32,000 nucleotides of DNA from Zygophlyctis sp. KS116. Lineage: Eukaryota > Fungi > Chytridiomycota. Below, piece by piece: positions 21,728-31,761 of the stretch (position 1 is the first letter of the stretch; every line of letters starts with the position of its first letter). The notes below the pieces were generated by a model, which was not told where the DNA came from, searched no databases, and saw only the letters and a program-made list of their open reading frames with translations. The position numbers and the translations under genes were made by a program. Where the stretch lies: positions 1,205 through 33,204 of the forward strand of contig BAAFSQ010000099.1 of the NCBI GenBank assembly GCA_054661495.1, in the 5' to 3' direction.

Positions 21728-24700
21728 TCATACTATAATCAGTTTGCGTTTCTTAGCAATCACCAACGATTCTTCCGGAAGTTGATCGTCCTCAAACACT
21801 AGCCCCTTTGTAGTTCCAGAATCCCACCCTGATCCGTTTGACTCAACCTGAGAGTCTCTTCCATATTCTTGAACTTTTTCGGTACCAATTTCATGTTCAT
21901 CAACGTTATGAGACTCTACAGTGGTTTCAATATGTACTGTATTGGAATCTGGGGCATCGGCCGGTAACGCAGGTAAACGAGATGAAGAGTTTACCACTGA
22001 GATTAATCCGCTATTAATAGCATCCCATTTCTTCCTACGTTCCGCTTCAGCAGCGAAAAACACTTCATCCATGTCATTATCATCATCACTATCCATGATA
22101 AACTAGGATAAGAAATAAGTAAAACTACCTGTTCGGACGAATATTTTTTAGGCTCTTTGGGTATAGATTCACCATTTCTTTCCTTTCCTTTTTTAGATTT
22201 TGGGGCATCGTTTTTCAACCCAGACAAAAAAATTGAAACATAATCAAGCAGATCATTGGCTGATAAAGAAGTCGGGATCGCCCAGATAGCCTCAAGATTT
22301 CTTGTCAATTTCATGATTGTAAATAAATTCTCAATATCCGAATCATCTTGTAATAGTTCCACGTGGTAGTCTTCATCGCCTTCAATTTCTGAAATATATT
22401 AAATTAAACAAACTACCTGCAATGGAAAATTCTTCTTCGGGAATAGATTGTCTTTTACTTGATTCTGCTTTAATTTTCTTTCTTTAAAAACGTCATATTA
22501 CCTCCAGTATCCATCTAACCATCCCAGTCTTACCGCTTCGGCGAAGCTTCCTTACAATATTACAAATGTGCTCGGATAAAGTGAGCCTTAAAATTATAAA
22601 AAATAAGTTACTCTTTTCCCACCACCACTTCTGTGCTTTCAGCCTAGCTGTTGGATGAAAAATAATCATACCGCAGATTTGATATTTTCATCTCCATATT
22701 GGATCCTGCGACAGTCCGATCTTGTTTTGCTGTAAAGCAAATCCAGGATCAGTAAATAATTTTCACTTGACAATTTAAAATATCTTCGAATAATATGTTT
22801 GATAAAAGTTAAAAGCTCCTTGTGAGCAGTAGTTTTGGGAAGCCTAGGACCTGCCTTCATAATTCTGGAGAATAATTCAAACACAGAAAGCTGAAAATTA
22901 TACATCTAGCATCTTACTTTGAAAAATAGTGCTTCGCAACTGCATTTGACATAGATACGATGAAACATGACCGTGATGTGCCATATAGAAAACTCGGAGA
23001 GCGTTAGAAAATTTTGCAATAATTTACAATAGCATCCAACTACAGATTCATAAGCAAATGACTAATTATTAGTTTAGCAGCTTACACTTTCAATTGAGCT
23101 GAATTGAAACTTTCTTTCTACAATCTTTTGCGAAACCGTATCTTCGTCTTCATAGTCGTCTTCAACTGCTGGCTCATTTTCGGGATCATCTTCATTCTGA
23201 CTAGTGGATTTTTTAGCCGCCTTTCGCCTTTTTCTAATTAAAAAAGCTTCTTTCGAGGTAGAAAAACGTTCTAACATATCAAGCAAATTATGCGTCGCCT
23301 CAAACAGAGTTTCCATGTATCTAGCGGTGTTATTTTATAATAATTTATACCCAATACTATGTGTTTTATGATCTTTACTCAGACTAACAATCACTTTAAA
23401 ATCAGCTAAATTATCTCACAGTCGATGTTATGCGCCTCGTAAAACAGCTGATGCTTCATCAATTCTGCAATATCCAAAACTTCCTTCTCTTGCGAGTTAC
23501 CCATTAGATCTAAAATCAGAATCTAGAAAATTGTAATGAAGAATTTACCATTTCATTAAAACATGCAAGACTCAACTGCAGTTCAGTAAATTTCTTTTTT
23601 TAAATATCTTACTCAAATTACCTTATCTTCCAAATATGTATTTATCCATTTTAATACAAAATTGAAACCTCGAACATTCATAATTCCAGCGACACAACTA
23701 AAATCCAACGTGGTCTCTTCATTTTTTTCAATTGCAGCCTTTTTGTCATCCTAAATATAATAAATTTACCTTGATAAAACTTCTGTAAAATTCTAACATA
23801 AATCGAATAAGCCAAAAAAATTTCATATAGTCCGACTCTTTGCCTTTTTTACTATCAATGTCAAATTCACGTTTTGTCGATAGAACGAGAGCTATTTTTG
23901 TATGAGAATATTTTGATTACTATTAAATGAATTCTCGAGAAAAGAGACTGCAAGCTCTCTAAATACAATTTTCGAATCTTTATCTTTGATCATCTTGATT
24001 TTTGAGTATTCAATGCTCTACAATTAATTTAAGATTGATAAACCTCTTTAATTACACTCTTAAATCCTCCCTGACGAGCTGTAGCCTTATCTCTATTAAG
24101 TGCTTCATCAAGAGAAGTAAGAGCTGTTACTGGATTATTTACATTGAACCTTTTTCCATTCTAATTTTAGTCAGTTCAGTCATTACACCAAGCGTCAAAG
24201 AGATTGTTCCACCAAATCTAGGATGTCTTGTAGAAACTTTAGTTTGAGATTTTAAAGTGTGTTCGATTTTCTTTTCCGGAATAAACTTTGTCTATCTTTA
24301 GGAATCATCAAATTCTACCTGATCGGACAAGATATCATCAACATCCCTATCAATAAAAATATAATAAAATATTTCTTGGACTATGAAATTCCAATCAGAA
24401 TAAGGCCTATCCAATGCTGATCCTGCCAAAGATAAAAAAAGAGGAAATAATTCTGCTTTATGTAGTTCATTAACCAGTTGCTCTTGCAAATTTGATCTCC
24501 ACTCTTGCTCGGTTGAATTGTGTAAAGAAGTACTTGAATCTTTAATTGAAAGAAAATTTCTAAACAGTAGAAGAATCAAACGAATCCTAGAATGGTCACG
24601 TTCAGTCCGCTCCCTATTGTGTTAATTTTGTTAAATTTTGTGCTTGTATAATACTACTTACATTGGATGAATCGCTAATAATGACAATGCGAATGCTTTA

Positions 24701-25105
24701 ATCTGTTCCAGTACTCCCGGGGCCAATATCGCATCTTTATAACCTCGCAAAGAATCAATCTGTCCAGCATAATCTGTAGATTCCTTATCAGCAGGCCATG
24801 TCAAAGGCACCATTAATTCAACTATTTTGAGAAAATTAAAACTTACTGACCAATGATTGTACTTTACGGTCTTGCGTTAAAAGCAATGGTATTAAATCCT
24901 TTTGCAAGACTTTCCAGGCTCCTAATTGCCTAAATGAGAATTTCGAACTTGTAACATCATCAGCTCTTAGCAGTTTTTTCAAATCTCTTAAACAGTCAAT
25001 AGCCTCATCGCCCGGCACATAAATTCTTTTAAATCCATCCTGAGTCTCTCTATCCTCAAAGCCTCCTAAAGCAGAGACTATAGAAAGTAAATGATCTGCA
25101 CTCAT
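21728..25105 (-). CDS. TOF1: Fork-protection protein Tof1/Swi1/Timeless (about 18 introns)
   Basis: SALGG...GDEAIDCLRDLKKL, ELMVPLTWP, LLLFRNFL, STRHPRFGG, MFHRI, SEQFIMDSDDD. A continuous frame is recovered with about 18 GT-AG introns (e.g. 24822-24846, 24614-24661, 24292-24318). Confidence 0.9.
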
Positions 25106-25126
25106 TAATAAAGCGGACTTATCACC

Positions 25127-26164
25127 CTAAATTTTTATATTCAAAGACTTTGAGTCAAAGAGATAGACTGATTCATGATTAGCATCAAAATGAAATTCTG
25201 TATAGCAATTGAGACACCAAAAGCATGGAGACTTTGGAGCGTAAAAATCATTCCAAGTGACCTTTACTGGCAGATTTAATTCGCAAACATCGCAAATTAA
25301 CAAGTTCGGACGACTTTTAAAAGTACATCTGATTGTGTTTACATCATCTGATATCCTAGATCTAACCTGTTTTATATATAATACATGTTCACATCCTCCT
25401 GCATGAGCATAGAGATATGGATAATTTAATTGAATTTCTAAATCTAAAAATCTTGTTTTTTGCATACTAGATTTTCCAAATGATTTATCATGAGCCCATG
25501 AAATAATAGATCTAATCATTAGGAATATAACATACTGTGATAAATCTTGATCAACCGTACAATCATTATAAAAGATGTTTTCAAAGAAAAAGAAACTACC
25601 TTTAGATTCTCGATCTTCAATGGTTATATTCTTGCAAGGGCAGTCGAATTCATGAGCTAAATCAGCCAATGTAAAGTTTGCAGGTACAACAAAAGTAGCC
25701 ATATGTGTGTATTTTAGAGTTGTGGTTGGTTCCATAAAAGTAATTTCCAGATAAACTCCAGAATTGGTTTCTTCAGTTTCTTCATTTACTTGGCTTCCTT
25801 GATCTACAGCCTCCTTTTGAATTGCTGATTTATTGAAATTTACAGACTGTGATCGCAAGATAACAGACTCTTTACTTTCTGGCTTAAGAGATTCTAGAGT
25901 TGAGTTTTGCTGAATGATTTCTGTAAAAGCCTTTGAAGACTCTGGGAGACCAAAAGATTGCAGGCCGTTTTCACTCTTGCAAACTTCTTTGAGCACAGTC
26001 TCCTCCAGTGAGCATTTAAAGGGATTGTCTTGACTGGGCGATCCATCCGACTCATTAGTAGGTACAGCAGTGCATAAATTATCAGATGCAGCATTGGATG
26101 CTATTGCAGATATTTGCATTTGGAATTCAGAGATTGAAATCATTACAAATTTTAATCGTTTCAT
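25127..26164 (-). CDS. SNAPC3: snRNA-activating protein complex subunit 3 (SNAP50)
   Basis: SFFFFENIFYND, PYLYAHAGGCEH, CDVC...PKSPCFWCLNCYTEFHF zinc finger; probable in-frame intron 25512-25535. Start codon uncertain. Confidence 0.85.
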   Translation of the reverse strand: MKRLKFVMISISEFQMQISAIASNAASDNLCTAVPTNESDGSPSQDNPFKCSLEETVLKEVCKSENGLQSFGLPESSKAFTEIIQQNSTLESLKPESKESVILRSQSVNFNKSAIQKEAVDQGSQVNEETEETNSGVYLEITFMEPTTTLKYTHMATFVVPANFTLADLAHEFDCPCKNITIEDRESKGSFFFFENIFYNDCTVDQDLSQYVIFLMIRSIISWAHDKSFGKSSMQKTRFLDLEIQLNYPYLYAHAGGCEHVLYIKQVRSRISDDVNTIRCTFKSRPNLLICDVCELNLPVKVTWNDFYAPKSPCFWCLNCYTEFHFDANHESVYLFDSKSLNIKI

Positions 26165-26203
26165 TTGCTACATAATTCCCGATATTCGGACATTTAGATT
26201 GTT

Positions 26204-28685
26204 ATGGATGATCATGACTGGAAAGATTGGAGTACAGAGCCTTCGACTGTTAAATTAGAAAACTCTGATGTTCATTCGAATTGGAGCTCAGAATTGGTAA
26301 TGATATCGCCTTAATTATTAGGATTTTGATTCTAAAATGACTGATCAGATTAAAGAAATGATGGACGATCTTAATAGGCATTTGTACTGTGGTAAACACA
26401 TAATTCTTATTCTAGAATCATCAATGAACAAGATTAGTACGAATTTAATGGATGAATGTGGAGATTGGGCCCTGCAATTCAAGTATTTACGAGTTTGTGG
26501 AATTCAAAAGAAAGAAGTCAAGGAGTTAGGATATGATTTTATAGATTATAATGCAGTAAATATGGGGCATTCACCTTATTTATATTATCCATTGGCTCGG
26601 GATTTAGGATTAGAAGCAAGAGGATTTCAGTTGAGTGAAGAAGCGTTTTGTGCTCAAAGAGAAAGCGCAAAAGTAAAAGACGATAATAACACAAACACAC
26701 ATACTCCAAGTATTCATGAAGATTTAAAAGTAATTATGGATCAAGTTTATCCCGAGCATGATATCTGGTAAGTTGATAAATTCTAAATTTAGGCTGGTAG
26801 TATCTTTTTATTATGAAAATCAAAACGCATTATCTGAAGAGAGATGTCGGACTCCAACGCTAAATGACCCAAAAGTACATGGAGAATTTATTCAAGCTGA
26901 AAGACTTAAATTATTAGAAAGTAGAAATGATGGGCTATCTGGAATTCAAGAATATCTATCAAAAACATTGGAACCTTCTAAATTACAATTTGTTATACTT
27001 TTTTTAAATCCTACTGAAAGAGAAGAAAACTTAAATATGCATTTCATATCCTGGAATAACTATGTTCAAGTTGAAACATTAGGCGCAGGACAGCAACTTC
27101 AATTTTTTAGAGAGTCAATTACTTCATATTTTAATATAATCGATCTGGATCAATATTTCCCAAGGGTAATTTAAAATTATCTTATTTTTAGCTTCCAATT
27201 AATTTATTTTATAATACCTACAATCGGATCAATGAATTTTTGGAAATCACAGAAGCGAATTTAAGATCTTGTGCATGTTTTTATCAAAGGAAAATATCAC
27301 AGGAACGTCAAAATAACGATGAAATTATCCTGGATAGTGATGGCTGCATTGATGAATGGCTAGCGTTTGATAATGGGTAATTATCAAATTCTCTAATTTT
27401 AGAAAAGATGAATTTCACGAAATTATCAAACGAAAAAGGAAAAAAAGCGTCGAACAATTTTCTCCCAACATTAGTATTTTAGAAGATGCGATAAATCTTA
27501 TCTTGGACGATTTTTGGCTCGAAGTATGTTGATAAAATCTTATTTTTAGATTCCCGCAAAGCTGGAGAAACTGTTGACAAAATTACTGAATTTACAAAAT
27601 CAACGAAGAAGAAAAACTAATAGCTCTGTCTCTGGATCATCTATGAGAGACTTGAAAGGATCCGAGTATTCGGAACAGCAAGATACATCTATATTAGATA
27701 CATTGGAGATTGATGACCTTATTCGAGCTCCTAATTTATTAAATGTTATGACTATAAGATCTATTCCTCTGCAAAAAAGAGATGCGCGTTTTAAAATTGG
27801 GTAAGATTGTTTGTATCGCATAATTTTAAAAGAGCTCTGGAAGCAATGGGTGCCGATAATTTTAACCAGTCACATTTTAACATGAAGCGCACAAATGTTT
27901 CAAAGGGTATCAATCCTCGGCCAAATACAGGGAAACAGATTGAGCAGCAGTTTAATATTAGGATTGGAAGTGCCTTTGGTCATAGAGGCACTGTATCCAA
28001 AAGGTTTGCTTTCTTTCGATAATCTTTCAGAAATAATGCGAGTCTTCGTTTGATGCCTTTACCAATAGGACCTTACAGCCACAACCATACTCAGGTCTCT
28101 CTGAATCATAGTTTGAAAGAAATCTTAATCGGAACACGGTAAAGTCGAAAAAATATTATTAATAAATAAGCATAGGAAATCGAAATACTGGAATTCCTAG
28201 CTGGTAAATTTAAAAGCTAATATCGTAGGGATACAAAGTCACAAATACCGAAACCTCTACCTCCAATTAAATCCATTCTCTTGCAAGAGTTTACGAATGA
28301 ATCATCGAAGGTTTGAAAAATTTCAAATAATCTATTACAGCCATTTAATCATCGACATGTTGCCTTTGATGAAAGCGTCCAAATTGAATCAAAACACGCA
28401 CCATATGATGATAGACCACTATCTGCAAAGTAATTTAATTGCTCTTAATTTCATAGACGGCAACCATCTGCGGGTATCAGCAAAAACGTCAGCCAAGTGA
28501 TACTATCTCGTCCTCACACAGCAATGGATGACGCCTTGAGGGTAATTTAAGAATAATGATTAAATGCTTAGCGATCAATGGGCCGTTTATCTAAATCATC
28601 CTTCAAAGAAGAGTCTTCTAATCTCAATCCAGTCCTAGGAATGAAAGCTTTCATTAGTAAAACATATAGGCGAAAGCAAGTATAA
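26204..28685 (+). CDS. Hypothetical intron-rich protein
   Basis: ATG 26204 exon spliced via 26297-26321 into the ORF at 26337; further tiny introns (e.g. 26768-26792) link successive ORFs; last exon ends RRKQV TAA 28683-28685. No recognisable domain, and the 3' exons were not all traced. Confidence 0.55.
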
Positions 28686-29220
28686 CAATATCTTTAATTA
28701 TGCATCAAAATCACATACATTATCAGATAACATAATCAATTCATTTGAATCAAATATTCAACGTTTAATAATTTGTTATTTTTAAATTATTCTTAGTTAG
28801 ATATTTTGGTACCATAATAGTTTCTGCTGCATTCACATGATTTCTATTGGCATCAAGTCGTGGAGATATTCTAGCAAAGCTTATAGACATTGATAACAGC
28901 AAATGTTCACATTCAGAATCTTCCTTTATATGAATAGTTTGAAAGAATCAACGAAACTTATTGAATATTATACCTAGTTTGATAATCAAACTATAATAAA
29001 ATCAAACTTTGATTGATAAGACCATATGCTGAAGGTAAAGTGTGAATTCTTGGAAATTTTTGAAGCCTATCAAGGATATGAGATGTTTTTTGGATGGTGT
29101 AGAATTTTGTTCTTTGAGATTTTTATATGTTGGATTGGTGTTTAATTTGGCATTAATAAGCTCAATAGTGCTATTGTATAGTTTCGATGAGATTTTCTAA
29201 CCCTAAAAAAACATATCCAG

Positions 29221-29680
29221 GACGTGCTCTTTTCTGCTATTTCAGACAAGCTTTCAGCCTCACAGATTAAACTGAAACGTCGATTCAACTTCCACTATCC
29301 TACCGCCACTAATCCGTTTCCAGTTGGCTCTTATATTATGCGCCTTGATCCAACGAAAAAGACTTCTCTTCAACCGTCTTATGAAGGTCCGTTCAAAGTG
29401 CTCAAACGATCCTCCGGTGGTGCTTACTTACCACAAGATCTTCCTCGGAACTTGCCTACTTCTCAGCTCAAGATCATTTCTTACCATGCTGATCCTTCGG
29501 AGCAATCCTTTGAAGTTCTCTCGATTCTATCATCGCGGTTCCACACAAGACCGAAAATACTTGGCCAAATGGAAGCATGGGTATCCCGACACCTGGATCC
29601 ATCATGCCAAGTTCAATGACCTGGACATCATCCGTAAATACTGGGCACGCCGGAGGGTGATGTTACAGAATAGCAAATTT
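29221..29680 (+). mobile_element. Ty3/Gypsy chromovirus remnant: integrase C-terminus, chromodomain, PPT and start of 3' LTR
   Basis: QPSYEGPFKV (GPY/F motif), FEVLSIL...YLAKWKHGYPDTW...IIRKYW (chromodomain, frameshifted), purine-rich GGAGGGTGA then TGTTACA at 29661. Confidence 0.82.
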
Positions 29681-29830
29681 TACGTTTCATCTTATGTTTC
29701 ATATCTGGACATAAATAGCGGCTATGATATGTTTCATAGTATTTTACTCCCGAATATATTCAATCTCAATTGAATCACTTCCCTTTTCTGATCTTTCTTT
29801 TATACCTAGAAGGATTTTGTGAGTCTACTT

Positions 29831-30025
29831 TCATTGATTATTTTCTTGATTGTCCCAGAATCCTGCACATATCTTATTGGATTCTTTTTTCAAGCTACCA
29901 TCTGTCCATATTTCTAATTCTGTTGTGTCTTCTGGGATTTTACAAATTTCCACTTGTTCTACCTGTATGTATATAGGAATTCTGTAATTAAATTGTTGAG
30001 TGAAATCGTCTTGGCAGTTACCCAT
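29831..30025 (-). mobile_element. RNase H-like fragment, probably from a non-LTR retrotransposon
   Basis: LEIWTDGSLKKESNKICAGFW resembles the first RNase HI motif (IYTDGS...GAG); stop follows shortly. Confidence 0.5.
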
Positions 30026-30097
30026 TTTTTTTCAACCTTACTTGAATGCCGACAACAATCCTGATTTTGTGCCAATCTTCACCGAAACTTCACCGAA

Positions 30098-30524
30098 ATG
30101 AATGAAATCATTCGACAATTTTTGGTAACTTCGCCTCAAGAACGAATTCAACTTCATTGCTTGGTGTCTATCGCAAAAGTAAATTTTTTTCGGGAACGGA
30201 AACATCAACCGGCCATTTAGACCCTACCAAGTCAATGACTTCCTCAATTGGCAAGAAGTGCAGTCCCTGTTCAAAGCGTTTTGCTCAAGATGTGTGGTCT
30301 CTGGCTTAAATGGGCGGGACTTTATGTTGTCACTGGACAGGAAAATTGACACATCGGGCCGGTATAATTGGACTGACATCAATCCGATGCTATAGTCTAT
30401 CAATGCTGCCAAATCATCTTTTCTTTTTGCTTTTGAAAGCGATGCAGACTTACAAAATAACCGCAAACTATTAAACTTTTTAATTCATGAGAGATCCATA
30501 GTATTGGAATCACTCATATCTTGA
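30098..30524 (+). pseudogene. HNH/His-Me finger endonuclease-like pseudogene
   Basis: Frame from 30201 reads ...RCVVSGLNGRDFMLSLDRKIDTSGRYNWTDINPML*SINAAK, matching C..G...SLDR....Y...N...W.N..K. Internal TAG 30393-30395 and an apparent frameshift in the T-run near 30185. Confidence 0.55.
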
Positions 30525-30619
30525 AAAATTCCATTTTCCGATAATTCAATACCGTTTTTCAGATTAAAATTTAGATAGCATGCCGCTCACTTGTCAGAAG
30601 TTAGCCAGCCGTTCACTTG

Positions 30620-31104
30620 TCAGACGTAAGGCTGTAACGCAAGCGATAAGAAACGCTGCAGCATCTCAAACAGAACAATGGGACGAAAAAGTCCATAAAC
30701 TTTAATATAAGAAAAATGTGAGCAAGGACTTATGTATCTGCCCAATCCAAGACTACATAAGACGGCCCCCAAACATGCAACTAAGTTTGCAAGTCACTGG
30801 AATGGACCGCTTACGGTGGAAGAAAAAGTCCATGATAATGTCTATAAAGTTAAAGACAATATAACAAAACGTACCTTTACTGTTAATGTCTCCAATCTTC
30901 AGCCGTTCACTAAATCCCCATTCTTAGTGTCTGGTGGAGAGGATGGTCCAAATCCAAGTTCCCTAGTGAGTGAACAAGACGATGATTTATCACTTCCAAC
31001 ACCACGGAATAAGAGAAGATCAGATTCCCAGCTAGAAAAGCGGAGCCAAAAGAAAGGGCTAACAAGTAGCCCAACAAATGAAGTGCCTAAGAAATTTAGA
31101 CCAT
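30620..31104 (+). mobile_element. Second Gypsy integrase C-terminal fragment
   Basis: KFASHWNGPLTVEEKVHDNVYKVKD...TVNVSNLQPF is a GPY/F integrase tail; an in-frame stop lies upstream. Confidence 0.7.
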
Positions 31105-31761
31105 GGTTAGGGTTAGTAGCTGTCAGACTTCGTTTGAAGCTTGGGAAAGAATAACAAAATGCATGATTTAGAAAGACTAATTGGATCAAGGTTGTTTGTA
31201 AAAGGGTTCTGTATGTTGGGTCATTTTTAATAGCATGTGATAGAGGAGCAGCCAATGTTTATAATTTGCATAGCTGCCACTGATGTAGTTTTCAACATTG
31301 CACTGGCTTTATGATTTGTTTTAACATAATTGCAAAGATCTCCTAGAATTGGTGCATATTTCACTGTCCCTGAAATAGTTTGATATATCCAATCATCGTT
31401 TACAGATTTATTTACCGGCATAACTGGAAAGACATCAGAGTTAGATATTGAAATTAAGCTTTTTTCAAAGCACCTATATGAGAGGTTTAGCATGGAAGCA
31501 ACAACTGAACATCTGCAAGAGAAATAGTAATGTAAAAGGAAGGAATCCCGTACTTTGCAATACTTGATTTAATTCTTTGTTTATGTGTGTACTTTATATC
31601 TTGAGACAAGGTTTTTTTTACCGATAAAACGAATGCTTTTTAATAAAGCATTTACCGGAGGATGTAAGCCGTCGGAAAAATATTTTTGGGTGCTTTAATA
31701 TGGGAAAAACAAATTCTAGTTAGGGTGATAAATTTTCTTCTATTTTAAGGGATTTTCCATA

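Noticed and set aside
3754-25105. Fragmented ORFs as pseudogenes, programmed frameshifts or an alternative genetic code
   Set aside because: Every break traced is resolved by a short GT-AG intron that restores conserved motifs; TAA, TAG and TGA all act as terminal stops.
2243-28685. U12-type or non-canonical (AT-AC, GC-AG) introns
   Set aside because: All introns reconstructed are GT-AG; one SEA4 donor (GTATCTT) only loosely resembles the U12 consensus and lacks its branch motif.
30582-30624. 17-nt direct repeat GCCGYTCACTTGTCAGA (two copies) as CRISPR-like array
   Set aside because: Two copies only, 9-nt spacer, eukaryotic TE context; likely a local duplication.
31227-31493. 88-aa minus-strand ORF
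   Set aside because: No recognisable motif and no coherent gene model could be built.
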